Shown here: piece after piece, positions 37,421-52,073 of the stretch
Numbering within the stretch: the stretch's first letter is position 1
Layout of the letters: each line of letters begins with the position of its first letter
Assembly: GCA_965112155.1 (NCBI GenBank)
Contig: OZ218105.1
Reading direction: 5' to 3' (one strand)
Origin: Podarcis liolepis
Lineage: Eukaryota
DNA length: 64,000 nucleotides
The notes under the pieces: model-generated
Told to the model about the DNA's origin: nothing
The model's input: the letters and a program-made list of their open reading frames with translations, nothing else
Database searches by the model: none
Translations under genes and position numbers: made by a program

Positions 37421-39554
37421 AGCACCTCTCCCCTGTGAGTGGCAGTAAAAACACAACAATAATAAATTATATGACCAACCATTTGCTGGATTTTCTAGAT
37501 TTCCCCCCTGGGAAAATTGCAATAATTTGTAGTTTGCATCAGGTCCCCTCCTCCTCAAAATGGCCTAGAAAGTGATCTATTTTAGCATGTTTATTTGCAT
37601 TTAGTGAACAAAGCTACAAATTTAAAACAGCCAAGCTATTTGCAGTTTGGCCTTCATGCATTGTTACTAATGACCTTACAAAATGGCGGGGAAATGTTTG
37701 GGGGAAATTGCCCCACACATCACTGCCCAAGAGTAGGTATGACTGGAGCTGGTGATAATCAAAATTACTGTAAGGCGAGGGTCTCTTAATTTTTTTTTAA
37801 AGTGTTTAAGTGTTGTTAAGATTATTGCACCTCATCTCCACATTTCCAAAAGACCTAGAAGTACATAATTCTGAACCATGATGACTAAAATTACACCTAT
37901 AAATCAAATCTGGACTGTATCTTATTTCTGTATGGGAGCAAAGAAATATTCAAAGCGGCTGGATTAAGACCACTCTTCTGTGCCAGTTAGTTTATAGGCC
38001 TCATCAAGAGTTTAAGTGTAACAAGCTTTAGGTTTATATTAACCATATGTGACATGAAATAATCCAAGAGAAAGTTCTAATACATCTTTCAGCAGAAAGG
38101 AGAGCTTTTACAAACAACTCTGATGTGAGCTTTTAACACACTTTTCCTAACTTTGTTTTCTCGCTGTCCAATTTGCTTTGTTTTAGAGGTTCATATTTCA
38201 ACTCGCTGAGAATTGCACTTGCCACACAAAAGGATGTTGATATAATTAAGCCAGATGACGTGCCCCACAAGTAAAATCAGCCATTCATGAAAGCTGGTCA
38301 CCAGAGGCCATTTCAAACAATGCATATTTCAGAGTAATCTAAAGTAATCCCTTCTCTCTGCTGATTTGGTTTCCAGGCAGTCTTAAGAACATGTGTGCTT
38401 GCAAACAGGAGGCTTATTAAAACCTGATGTTATATTGGAGATTATTAAGGCAGTGTGCTCGTGATTGAATTCAGTGTCTATTGTCCTTCAAAGCTAAAAT
38501 ATCAGTTATGGATATGCTTATTAAAACGGAGATGTGTCATGATACATCCAGTGAGTTCTTGTTAACTCATTAGGAAAAGTAACCCAGGATTCTAACTTTC
38601 AACTTTTTGAAAAAAAAGTTAGTCTTGGCCCAATTTTAGCAGCTACCAGGAAATACATGACAAAATCTTCAGATCTTTCCCAGCCATAAACAATGACCTT
38701 TGTGTTTACTGGAATTTAGGCTATTTTCACATCCTCTTTATAAACTGCATAGTTTTGCTGGGCCTCTGCTCAGCTGTGTAATACATCATTTAAAAATGGA
38801 CCATAAAAATTACCTATCTAGAATGACTCAGGAAAGAGTCTCAAGTCAGGATTATCAAAGCTTCAAGAAACATAGACATCATTTTTATATTTGAACCAGA
38901 ATCTTAGACATTATAAAATGTTGTTATCCTTTTTTTTTATCCATTTGTCCCCAGAATAGTTCGTAAGTCTCCAAAAGAACAGTTCCATTTTCTATACCTC
39001 TATATATTATTTTAAAACTCTCCTGGATCTTTGACGGACCCTAATGGTCCATCAAATTCTTGGAAGAACATTTTTGTGACCTGTAATTGACCTGGTACAA
39101 CAAACCCAAGAATGCTGCCTCCACAATGCTCGTGATCCTGTGCCAGGAGAAATAGCAGCATTCCAGAATCTGCATACCAGAATAATCAGACCAGGTGAAA
39201 AAACATCATGTTGGTCATTTAAAATGCTTCAATAGATACAGCTTGTAAATACAGGTGCAGCTTAACTTACATTTGGGTCTGATCCTGCAAGAACCTAGAC
39301 AAACAACCACCTAAGATCATTAGCCTGCCCAGAGACATCACAGCTACACACCTGTTTCAATTTAAGCAGTTTGTCAGTGCATGTAAGTTCTTGATCCTAA
39401 GGCTTTTGGGGGCTGGAAATAAATGATTAGGATGGAAACCATGCCCTTCCAGCTTCAATGGATTATGCCAGCGTTGCCAGCACAAATAGTTGGGATCAGA
39501 GTGCCAATCTATAATCTTCAAGCATTAAAAAGGATTACATGCACAAACTATATA

Positions 39555-40053
39555 CCGTATTTTTCGCCCTATAGGACGCACCGGCCCATAGGACGCACTT
39601 ATTTTTTTGGGGGGGGATAAATGGGGAAAAAATTATTCCCCCCCCCCAACAGTCCCACTCGCTTTCCTGGCTTTGTTTTTAGCCTTGCGACTGGGCGTCC
39701 GGGAGTGAAGGCGAGGTTGCGCAGCTTCCCCATCGCTCTCAGAGCTTGCGGGGCAAGGGTACGGGGGAAGCCCAAGCTTCCCCTGACCCCAGCCCCCAGA
39801 ACGGGTTGGAGAGCGATGGCGAAGCTGCCCTCCAGAGGGCGCCCCGTGCTTCGGGCTGCAGGCAACTCCCGTCGGGCTTGTAAGGCTTGCGGATAGCTTC
39901 CTGAAGCCTGGAGAGCGAGAGGAGTCGGTGTGCACCGACGCCTCTCGCTCTCTAGGCTTCAGCGAAAGCCTGCATTCACCCCATAGGACGCACACACATT
40001 TCCCCTTCATTTTTGGAGGGGAAAAAGTGCGTCCTATAGGGCGAAAAATACGG
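39555..40053. mobile_element. Young Tc2/pogo-like non-autonomous DNA transposon
   Basis: Perfect 27-bp TIR ccgtatttttcgccctataggacgcac, TA TSD, CpG-rich interior. Confidence 0.92.
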
Positions 40054-40796
40054 TATTTCAAATATAGTAGGTGTAGGGGGGGTACATGCCTTATCCTAAT
40101 TCTAACATTTTCAACTCCGCCGAATTTTAGGTAGAAGTCTTTCCCATCCCAGTCCCAGGAAGATCCATTTTAAAAGGTGGTGACAAGGATCCTCTGCAAG
40201 CAAAGTAGAGATGCTTTACCACTGAACTAAGCTAATGGTTACATTTTATTAATTTACATTTCTAAAACGTCTGTCTACCCCTTCAACCTTCAAGCAAGTA
40301 AGTGCTCAGGGTGGCTTACTAATAAATAAACCAAATACACCAAATAAACCAAAACAGAATAAAAACAAAACATTTAAACATATGACTTAACCCAATAGTT
40401 TTTGTTCTCTACCATATACATCGAATGAAGTTCAGACTATTTTTCTATAATATGGATTGGAAAACTGTTTTAGCACTGGGCGTGGGGGATTGGAAGCTTG
40501 AATTGGTTTTATTCTGGATTGTTTTATTTGAAGTTTTAATGTGTTGTGAACTGCTTAGAGACCCCCCCCCCCTTAAAATATAAAGCAGTATAGAACTGAA
40601 ATTATTATTAATAAGTAATAATAATAATCCCACCACAAAAAATGCCTAGACATTCTGTTATAGCAACTGTAACCTAGGTTTAAGGTGCCATTTGGCAATT
40701 AGCTTATATATCTGAGTTTCTAACACTGCTCAAAGCCGATGGCCAATCGGGATAGCCAGCACTGGGTTGCTCAGATCACCAGTCTAAGCATTAGAC

Positions 40797-41100
40797 CAGC
40801 GGTCAGCAACCTTTTTCAGCCGTGGGCCGGTCCACCGTCCCTCAGTCCATGTGGTGGGCTGGACTATATTTTGAAAAATGAAAATGAATGAATTCCTATG
40901 CCCCACAAATAACCCAGAGATGCATTTTAAAGAAAAGCACACATTCTACTCATTTAAAAACACCAGACAGGCCCCACAAATAACCCAGAGATGCATCTTA
41001 AATAAAAGGGCACATTCTACTCATGTAAAAACACACTGATTCCTGGGCCGTATGTGGGCCGGATTTAGAAGACGACTGGGCCTTAGGTTCCCTACCCCTG
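40797..41100 (+). mobile_element. Non-autonomous hAT (Charlie-like) element with an internal tandem duplication
   Basis: cagcggt...acccctg termini; exact 8-bp TSD cattagac at 40789-40796 and 41101-41108; 64-bp unit repeated at 40900-40963 and 40972-41035. Confidence 0.88.
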
Positions 41101-44100
41101 CATTAGACAGCTTCTTATATATGTTTACCTGCTACAATGGCATTAAAGATTCAGCACATTAGACTGCCTGCTAGCATTTTATGATAAGACTTAGTGCACT
41201 ATCATAGCAGCAGATGAACATCATGCCCAAAGCATGCACTGAAAGTTCTCAAATCCCAGCGCCCAAAATGCTCATGGCTTCCTGCCATGTTTTGAACCCA
41301 TTTACTTTGTTCCTAATTCAATACATGAACTGGCTTATGCACTTCAAAAATGTTTTGTTTATGTAGTCACATTTGCCATTATCGCAGGCTTTTAAATGCA
41401 CATACTTCGCATAATGACCATAAACTTAAGATCTGACTTCTTTTAAGATAGATGGAAGGGAAACGAAACATCTTGCCCATCTGACTTAGCCATGGTATTT
41501 ATTATTATGCTCTATGAAGTATTTTTATATGAGTGACTACAGAAGCAATGTGGTCTATCGCACAGTACACTGCTTGCTAATTATGCATGACATCAATTTT
41601 TGAAAGTATTACACACTGACCTCTGAAAGGCTGAATTAATTTTACAATCAGGCTTGGATATCAGATTGCTGAAATGGTATTTAGCTTTTATTACTGCTCT
41701 GGCTCTTTATTCTCTGTCTCTCTGAAAGGAAAACAAATTCTCATGGAAAAAGACTCTTCGTCACTCCAAAACAACAGGACTCAGTTGGCATGTAAATGCT
41801 CCACCATCATTTTCCACCTGTCAGTCACTGATATAGAACAGATACAGGCCAAGCCAAAAGATGCTGTCTGACAAGAAGAGTTTCTAAGGCTGCTTTCCAG
41901 AGGGATGCATGCATTTTGTCTAACAACCTTTTTAAAGGGGCTTTTGAATATGGCACAGACGATAATGAGAAGCAGCCATTTTCATTCAAAACGATACCCC
42001 CATCATTTGAATGCAATTAGAATGACTTGGTTGGCATGCATTTTACTGTGCCATGGTACATTGGCAGTCTGGAAAATAAGCACTATCAGCACTTGTTGCC
42101 TTTTTTCTGTTACAGAGTGATGTGGCACCTGAGCCACAGGAATCACGTCAGTGCAACACGTCCATGAGTGTGAGAGCATGAACATTTAAAAGTATATAAT
42201 GCAAGCCAGCATGATGCCACATTAAATACACAGACACGGTCAGTGTTCAAGCATCATTCCACTGTACCAGGTACAAACCTATTGACCCAGAGCCCTCTTC
42301 CCTTTCAAAAGTGCTTCACGTAGATATCTTCCAGACATGATCTACAATTTAGCCTCACCTGCTTCCCTCATAATAATAGGCTCGCCATATCTCCTTGGAT
42401 TCTTCAGCTTTGGTAAAGTGGATGGCATCATGTGTGCCGTCAGTGAAAGGATTTGCACTTGAACAATTGAACCTCCCCCCGCTCCCATGTGCTCCACACT
42501 TTCCCCAAATCTTCACCTATACACCTATAACTGATTAAGGGGACGCCAGGGGAGAGAGAAAAGAAACTGTCATTGAACAAGTGCCAATTCTTGCTCTGAT
42601 GCAAAGCACCTATGAGATATTGCCCTGTGCTTCCTCGTCACTCTTGGGCACACTCTTGGGCAATTAAAATAGCTGATTTGTGGTAGTCCTACAACAGTGA
42701 CCTCATTTTCTTAAAAAGGCAAAAGCCATGTAACATGGCAATTCCATTTTGGCTGGTCTTCCAGGAGGCCTATTCTGGAGCAGAGGGCCAGTCTGTATGA
42801 AAGAAAAGAGGCAGCAACTGTCAGAGTTTCTTTATTTCACTTTCGACTGTAAAGGGCTGGTGGTAGTGGGTTCTCAAATCATGGAGTGGGAATGAGACTA
42901 AAGCATCCCTGCTACTGTTTGCCAGAAGAGGAGGTCTGCTGCACTTGGACACCACCAGTTCAGCTGGTTGAAAAAGGTACTGCACTTGCTGAGCTAGTGA
43001 CACAAGAGGTCAAATTCTATAGACTCTGGCATCATTGTGATTCATTTATTTTATGCTTTTGGCTCAAAGGCACAGTAATAGGTATATTAAAAACAAAATA
43101 TACAGTACAGTAAAATAGATGGGTCATTGGCCTGGTCCAGCAGGTTCTTGTCACGTTCTTAAAACACTTCTAGACACATGTTCCTTAAGAGTACAGGCTC
43201 TTTGCCTTCCTCCTCTTCTCAACCTCAAATCCCAACTACAAACCGGAAAACAGGCAGGGCTATTACCAGTTAAGATAAGCTGAAACTCCTACAATTAATC
43301 AATTAAATCTGCATTTAAGAAAAAAATATAGCAGTGATTTTAATTTTAAAAATACATCTGGTATCACAGCAATAATTATACCACCTGCAGTTTCTATAAA
43401 AAGTTCTATTAAAAATTATATTAGAAGTTAAAACATCTGCTGTTGCCTGATTAATGGAGGCCACTTTTGTAGACAGCCAAACAAAATGCTGTTAATTCAT
43501 TAGATCAATCAAGTAAACACTGCAGCCCTAAAGGTAACAATGAACTTATTCATGGGGTTGCTGTGAAAACAAACATGATCAGGACTAAACAATTCATTGT
43601 GCATTTAAATGATTGCACTATACAAATTACCAGCATCTTATGTCTATGGCAGAGGGGGTGTATGTGTGAGTGTGTGTGTGTCTGTCTGTATGAATGAATG
43701 AATGAATGAGACAGAAGCATATGTCTCAGCAATGATGCAGTTGGGTAATTTTAGACTTAAGAACAGATAAAGAGCCTGTTGGATCAGGTCCATCTGGTCC
43801 AGCATTCTGTTTTCACAGTGCCCAACCAGATGCCTATGGGAAGCCTGACAGTGGCATTCTGCCTGCTTGTGACTTAAGGCTCTTATGGAGGGTGGAGGTA
43901 TAAAGGTTTTTTATTTCACTTACTGCATAATGTAGCCAGTATTGAGTTAGCTCTGCTGCTTGGGCTTGGGGAACCTATTTATTCTGCTGACTGGAAACCT
44001 GGATATCTGTCCCAAAGTCCTGCCCATATGACAACAGTGTGTGGAAGCACTAGCAATCCAATTATACAAGGTGTGTAAGTGTGTGTGTGTTATGAGAGGG

Positions 44101-47100
44101 AGAGAAATAGACCACTTACCTATTAGTGGTCCTCTGAAATATTGTTTTTAGAAAGCTAATGGGATGCATGACCTGACTCTAAAGGTGGAAGAAGAGGTAG
44201 GAATGAACTTCTGCAGTTCATTAATTTGGCAGTTTGTGCTAAGATATTTATGAAAGCACCACAGAGACCATACCCATAGGCTTACAAATCACATTCCCTC
44301 TCTCTTTCTCACACACCCTAAAAACCATGATGCCCCTTTCCTTGACTCTTCCTGCCTAGTTTTCAGCTTCTGTAAGCTTTCACAACATAACCATTTCTTG
44401 AAACTTCCCTGAATCCCTCTCAGTCTCTCCCCCAATTGTATGGCAATGGATACCTCTTCTAATCACTACCCATTCATTTTGGCTCCCAAATTGATCTTTT
44501 ACCGAGGACTAATTATATTTATAAATAGTCCAGCTTGTGCTTTCATAATGAGCTCAAGGCATTTTAACGCAAGGTACTCAGAGCAATTAAACATTTCATA
44601 CCACCCTGCTTCCTTCTTCCAACAAGACGGCAGCAGCCCAAATCCTTCTGCAATAAGAAGAGCACTTTTAACAACTGAATGTCCCTTGCAGCCTCCTCTG
44701 CTTATGATCTCTACTGCCAAGGCAATAAGGCCAGCTTCCTATATGTGAAATTGCTTTCCTTTGTCCCTTGCTGCTGATGTAGTAAAAATAATTGCAGGAT
44801 TAGGAAGGAAGCAATCTAGCTGTCCAGTGGTTTTTGGTCTTCACTTAATGTCTTTGATGTTTAACCTCCTGCTATAAGTAGGTGTCTTTCAGATAGACAA
44901 TTAGTCACGTTCTGGCTCTGATAAAGCCAGCGACAGAAATCCCCTATACACCAAGATTTTATTTCTAAGAATGATTTAGCTACGCTAACTGTGTGCTACA
45001 AGTTCAGGTGTCAAGCACTTCATATCCCCAGTATCACTGGAGGAAATTAAGCATTTCTAGTTGCTGTAAGCAAAAATAGGAAATTGTCCTCTGAGATACT
45101 GTCTTCGGTAAGGAGGCTAAAACACCTTAAATTGTAATTAACTTGACAAAACATTATCTAAAGCATAACAGTTAATCCATGAAAAGTTGGGCTTCATTTT
45201 TAACCCAGAACAATCAAGGACTCTACACAGCAAAATGATTTTTAGAATGCTGTAGTACTTAAAAAGTGCTTGAGAGGAATGCAAATTTAGTCTTAATGAT
45301 TAACATTCAAACTAATGTTTTTATCCTGTACATGGAAGAAGGCACAGTGGTACACAGAGTGGATTCTGCTACTCTGCAGCAACTATGTTTGTCTTGACAA
45401 TAAAGATAGCTTCCATTTTGCTACACTGGCTGCCATTTGCTACAACATTCTAGCACTTTTCAGACATATTATAGGATGCTCAAAATACCTTCAGGAAGCT
45501 GCAAAGATGATAGTCATCCTTAGTGTGCATTTTACCTTCTTCCTTTTCTGCCAAATTCTATACATACTATTTAACAGGTTAGCATGAAACAGCTGGCGTA
45601 AACAGACACTGCTGAACAACACCCATCAACAGTGGTTGTAGCTGACACAGTAGCAATGTGAACTGAGGCTCCATTGGCATGACACCATAGTGCATGTGAA
45701 ACACTAGTACAACACTTCTTCTCATCCATCATGGCACCTTCAAAAACCATAAGCCAGATCTTAGCACTATTCCGTTGTTTTTACACACATTTTGAGGCTG
45801 CACAAAGTAGCCATGACTCTGATGTCAGGTTTGCCAACCAGCTCCTCCTCCTCCTGTCCTGTGTACAATGCAAGTATCTGCAAGGATGGGAATTCTGCAC
45901 ACACAGCTTTGTGTGTGAAAGCTTCCATGCAATCTGGAACCCCCTATTGTTCAGGGTTCCAGATCAGATGGAGGCCTTTACATATACAGCCGAACATGCA
46001 AATGCCACCTTCCTGCAGTCGTTCCGGCTGCGGCTGCAGGCACCAGCCAGCATGCACAACCAAAGGGGCTTCGCTACTTGGCATTACCCTGCTTTCCAGA
46101 CACGTATTGGTCGGACACTATGAGTAAAAGCTTATGAATAAGGACTGTGTATGCTTCTCTTCTGATAGCAAGCCTGCAATGAAGACTACATTTTTTATTA
46201 GATGCAAGGTGAAACCTTATACCCTTGCCAGCTTTCATGGTATTACTGTAAGTACCTTGCAGCCAAAAAGATTGAGCATGCTGATATAAAACTGTTGAAA
46301 TGATAAATTAAGTAGTGGGGGGGGGGAGATCTCCACATTATTGGAGCTTGGAACTATTATTTGTCAGAAATAGTGTTTAGCTCAGAATGCAAAATTGCTA
46401 TTTTTATGGTGAATGACTGATGCAATAATTGTAATGTTTAAACCTGTTTTTATACCTGTATATTCTACTGTTGCGGGATGAAGGGTGGGTAAGAAATATT
46501 ATAAAATAAGCAAATAACGTTTAGGAGCTGGCATCCCTGTGTCATATTCAGTAGCAAGGAATTCACTGTGGACATCCCTGCCTCCAGGCTTCCCATAAAA
46601 AAAAGTTCTGATTCAGGTTTGTTTTGTAGAACATAACCCTGTTAAATAGGTCTGTTTAGAAACCACCCCTTTGCATAACTTGAATGGTTTAATTTTTATA
46701 GACAAAACAACCCCAAATTTTAGGAGAACAGAGACAGTCCCGTGATGGCATGGAGCTGAAATATGGCTAAGTGTATACCATGATGTTAATGAATCTACAT
46801 CTAACTTTATTGGGGGGGGGGAGGAGTATATAGTTTCTATATGAGCAAACAATAACATATTAATTCTTTTGTAAAGAGTTGTACACATGATCAGTCATAC
46901 ATATGGAAAACAGTTAACATATCCATTGAAACGTAAAAAAGGTGAAACACCAGTTTAGAAAGAAAGCAAGGGAACACATCACATGATTCTTTCTCCAAAA
47001 CAAGAGGAAATTGGAGTAGCTGGTGCCTCTAAATATCAATATGCAATGCATTTCTGTATTGTGATACAAGCAGCTTATATTGCACTAGAATAAATGAATA

Positions 47101-48217
47101 TATACGTATTTCTCCCCCTCCTCCTGAATGCCATGCCCTTTTGTGTGTAAACCTCTCTTTCAGAATCCTGGGAAAAAGAAATCAGCAATTATCCTCTCAA
47201 AGGTCACTTGGCAACTCAAACACCAAACCTCAGCCCGGCATTGGCTGCTTCAAACTCTGCGCAAGTCAGGCCACAACCATTTTCTCCCCTTCCTGTGACT
47301 CGTGTTGGTTTTATTTAATCAGCTTATGAGACCTCCCCGAGTTTTCCTGTGATGCACTATGCTAAACATCAAAAAGGTTTCTCCACCGCTGTTTTGTTTA
47401 TAAAGGGAAAATAAAAGAATAGCCGTTTAATCATGCTGTGCAACAGCTCCAGTCTGAGCATTTTAAGACCCATAATCCCTTTTCCCCTCAACCCTCCCAG
47501 AAGAAAGTGTTAAATTATAAACACATGAGCCCCATTCTGCCCCCATTGAAAAACAGCAGGAAACTCCCGGTTCTTTTCAACAGGAACCTTAAAAGAATTA
47601 CTGTAATCATGGAACATACAACAAGCCTTGGATTTTTATGATTCAGAAATAACACTTCGGAAGAATGGGAGAGTTTGCTTATGGGACTAGAAGGAGAACT
47701 TCCTTAAAACCACCTCGACTACAGACATGATTTGGATCACATGACCAACTACACTTACGCATCTTTGTGAATCAAGAAATGCAAAACTGCAAAGTTATTT
47801 TTTGAAACAGAGAGCTACATTAACTAAGTATGCAAGTAGACCACAGCCGTAACATTTTCAGGAAGGGAGTTTGAACAACTGAGGCAAAACATAATGATGA
47901 CAGATGAACTCTTAAGACCTCATCAACAAATTAAAAATGAACGAATTGCCAGGTGATCTGAAACAACTCAAATGTGAAGTGCTGATCTTCATAACAAAAA
48001 TGTGTAACTTGCCCCTAAAATCAGCTTCCACACCTGATGGCTGGAAAGCTGCCAATGTAGCAACAATTTTTTAAGAAGAAATCCAAGTGGTGTTGCAGGA
48101 AATTACAAGTGAGTGAGTTTAAAGTTGTTGTTTTTCAGTTGAAGTTGGTCAAAGGCAACATTAAAGATAAATAATCAAGCATATATTCTTCTATATTATA
48201 GAATAAGTCTCTACTTA

Positions 48218-48355
48218 ATCAACATCATGGTTTCTGCAAAGTAAGTCCTGTCACACTAAACTTTTTGAGCGATAATAGGCATGTGGATGGGGTGATCTCA
48301 TAGACAGTAGATACTTGGTGCTTCAAAAAGCTTTTGACAAATTTCCTCACCAAAC
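48218..48355 (+). mobile_element. Decayed CR1 reverse transcriptase fragment
   Basis: Remnants of HGF..KSC.T and FKKAFDK.PH-like motifs (catggtttctgcaaa, aagtcctgtc, ttcaaaaagcttttgacaaatttcctcac). Confidence 0.55.
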
Positions 48356-49302
48356 TATGCTGGAATGGGATAAGAGGATGGAATAAGCTAGAGATCTTTG
48401 AAAAACCGCAACATTCAAGAAAATGAATATAGACTGAAGTCCTACATCCATTTACCTAAGGAGCAAGCCTACTGAACTCAATGGGATTTTACTTCCAGCT
48501 GTAGGATTGTGCTGCTCATTTTGCTCAGGGAACTCCAGTACTCGATGTAGATATGATATACAAATTTTAAAAATTTTATTCAAAACACCACACCACTTAA
48601 TTTTACTGAATTAAGACCATCCCACTAATTTTACAGAAAATTCTGAATTTTACTGAAAAGAGTTCACTCTTCTGCACAGACACAAAATCACCTCTCTTTA
48701 CATTTTATGATCAATAAGGAACAGACTACTTAGGCAGTTAAAATAAGTTCAATATTCCAGACTGTCTAGTAAAAGGTACATGAATTCCGGGGGGGGGGGG
48801 CAGCTCAATGAAGCTACAGACTACACTCTAGTAGAGGTTTCGTAATTCCCTCAGCTGCAAACTTAAGAGGCACACAGCCTCTCTTCTCAGGCAGACACTG
48901 CAGCATGCCAGCTTCACTGAATGCATGCTAAAGAGGACCCTCACCCAATCAGACACAGAAGCAGCCTGTCCTTACTTGCACCTTCTAATACCTGAAAACA
49001 TGTAACCTTTGCTGCTGTTGAATAGCGCTGTCTAGCCCAGAGGCGCGTTAAGTGAGCTTCCTTCAGATGTACTTTGACACTGCCATTAATCTATAGCTTG
49101 TGAATTTAGCAGAACCACATAACCTTTGCGTTGTAACTCCAGACGGTTCATAGAAGACACATTTTAATATTATTTAATATAATTTTAAGAGAAAGAGAAG
49201 AAACTGAAAATTGTTTAAGGCTTTTATATAATTCAGTAATTACACCTTGACCTATCATGTAAACCTGTGTTCTTTTTGATGATGATGATGATGATGATGC
49301 AT

Positions 49303-49848
49303 AATTAAAAGATGCCTGCTTCTTGGGAGAAAAGTAATGACAAACCTAGACAGCATCTTAAAAAGCAGAGACATCACCTTGCCAACAAAGGTCCGTATAG
49401 TTAAAGCTATGGTTTTCCCAGTAGTGATGTATGGAAGTGAGAGCTGGACCATCAAGAAGGCTGATCGCCGAAGAATTGATGCTTTTGAATTGTGGTGCTG
49501 GAGGAGACTCTTGAGAGTCCCATGGACTGCAAGAAGATCAAACCTCTCCATTCTTAAGGAAATCAGCCCTGAGTGCTCACTGGAAGGACAGATTGTGAAG
49601 CTGAGGCTCCAATACTTTGGCCACCTCATGAGAAGAGAAGACTACCTGGAAAAGACCCTGATGTTGGGAAAGATGGAGGGCACAAGGAGAAGGGGACGAC
49701 AGAGGACGAGGTGGTTGGACAGTGTTCTCGAAGCTACCAGCATGAGTTTGACCAAACTGCGGGAGGCAGTGGAAAACAGGAGTGCCTGGCGTGCTCTGGT
49801 CCATGGGGTCACGAAGAGTCGGACACGACTAAACAACTAAACAACAAC
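49303..49848 (+). mobile_element. 5'-truncated BovB 3' fragment
   Basis: About 94% identical to 4191-4737 (manual count of about 31 differences over about 545 bp); open frame ...YGSESWTIKKADRRRIDAFELWCWRR...; (CAA)n tail; starts beside a (GAT)n run; no clear TSD. Confidence 0.95.
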
Positions 49849-50913
49849 CACCACCTTTGGAAGGGGACTGCACTTTGAGCGGGGGGAGGGGGAGCGGGAC
49901 AACTGTCAGAGGAAAGGTTCTGTCTTGGGTTTCCACCAACCAAGCCCTTTAGTGGTGGTACTGTATTTATTTAATGATGTTGATATCTTCTGGGCAGATT
50001 CATAAGGAAGCAGATGGCCTTTTCAGGTACCATTTATAGGTAAGCATCAGCCTCTAGAACTGAGTCTGGAAATAAATAGGAAGACAGTGCAACTGATGTT
50101 AGACTGGATAAATGAGGTCTAAAAGCCATATGCTGGACAGCAACCTGTCTGCCGTATTTGCACTGCTGACGTTTCCAAATGTTTTAAAGATTAAAGCAAT
50201 GCACTATTTGTGTAGCTATCTAATCTAATTTGCCATTGGGGAGCCTGTGCCTAGCATCATACTCTCCAACATGCTCTCCAACAGTTCTTGTATTTTGGGG
50301 CCGTGCTCCCACATGAGTCACATGAGAACCTGGAGCCCTGGGTATATTCCAGGGCTGTGCCTTCGCAGGAGCCAGGTGAGTTGTATGAGAGCATGCCCTG
50401 CCCCCCAAACAGGCATCTTTGGGGGCAGCACTTTTGCAGGAGCCAAAACAGGACATCCAATCAGAAGCCGGGATGGCTTCTGTGATGTCCCAGAACAGTT
50501 GAGGGTTATGGTATTACCCACTCTGCTTCCAGCCATCAAATACCAACAAATAAATTCTGCTCTCTTGTATATAAAAAAATGGTGTTTCCCTGCACTTCAT
50601 GGTGGCAAATAAAATGTGGAAACAGCACCTACTGGGCTGCACAGAATACATACAGTCAGAGGTGGGCCCTCTGGCTGTTCCTTCTTCGATCAGAGAGACT
50701 CTTTTCAGTGGCCCTACACATCTCTTGCCCTCCTTTCCCCAATGAATTATGGATGCCTTCCCCTCCACTAAACACACAATTGGTACCCAAAATTCAAAAA
50801 CTGAAATGTTGCAGATGGGATTCAGCAGGAAAATTTAAGGACACTTCCAGTCATTTTGTTCCATTATTCTTACATATCAGGACAATGAACTTGTTGCAGA
50901 ATTTGAGTGTAAA

Positions 50914-50916
<3 letters not shown>

Positions 50917-50963
<47 letters not shown>

Positions 50964-51085
50964 GTAATAATTTATTTCTACCCCGCCCATCTGACTGGGT
51001 TTCCCCAGGCACTCTGGGCGGCTTTCAACAGAACATTAAAAGCAGAATAAAGCTTCAAACATAAAAAACTTCTGATGTCTTCTAA
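50917..51085 (-). mobile_element. L2-type 3' end with (AAT)n microsatellite tail
   Basis: Reverse complement gccgcccagagtgcctggggaaacccagtcagatgggcggggtagaaataaatta(tta)n; the same end precedes the (ATT)n at 17687. Confidence 0.6.
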
Positions 51086-52073
51086 AATGCTCGGGATGCT
51101 TCAAACTTGCAGTTATAATAAAAATGCAGGCAAATTAATCTATTTAGAAAGGCACTTTTAATCACCAATAGGAGTGAGACACAAAGTACTAAGTCTTTAT
51201 CTGCTTGATTATGCAGCAGCCTGAAATGGAGCCCCATTCCATCAAATGTACTCTATGCAGAAACTTTAGCATGTGAACATTTAATCCTCTACATCCACTT
51301 TGCAATAATCAACATTATTTGCATTCTGGACTTTTAAGTTCCAAGCATCACCACGTTGGCAGTGTAGGGCTGCATTGTTAAGTTTGATACCGCTGTGGTT
51401 GATTAGTTTCATTCTGGGTTTGAGCCAGGAAAGGGATTTCATTCTCAGGATTTTTTCCATGTCCCAAATACAAGGCTGTAATCCTAATGATACTATAGGG
51501 TTCGCTTCATATTAGACAGCTTGAAATACAACAGTCCACGTTGAGATCACGTTACTGGCAGGAGAAGAATGCAGCTGACTGAAAATACATTCTTCTTGAT
51601 CGCAGATTCAAGGAGAAAAAACACCCTGACCACCTTGCAAAATAAGTTTTAAAAGGAGCATTCTGGAAAAAACATCTGGGTATCTAACTGTTAAGTAACC
51701 ACAGCAATTCACCATTAAAGCACAATAAGACAACTGATACAGGCTGAACCACAGAAAGAGATTCTGGTAATATGGAACCAGCAACCTAAATACCAGAAGA
51801 GGTTTTCGGAATGCTTCCAAGAATCTAATACTTAGATTTACTTGCTGAGAGGCAATGCGGGTATCATTTACAGATACTTCTTCATTATGGCTAGGGGGGA
51901 GTTTCACCAAATCAGTGTACTTTCAGGTCACATAAGAGGAAAGATCCATCCACTCCAGTATTCTGTTCTCCCAGTGGCCAAGCAGATGTCTATGGGAAGC
52001 CTACGAGCGAGAGGTTGAGAACAGCAGCACTCTTTCCATTTGTGATTCTCAACACCTGGCGTTCAAATACATA

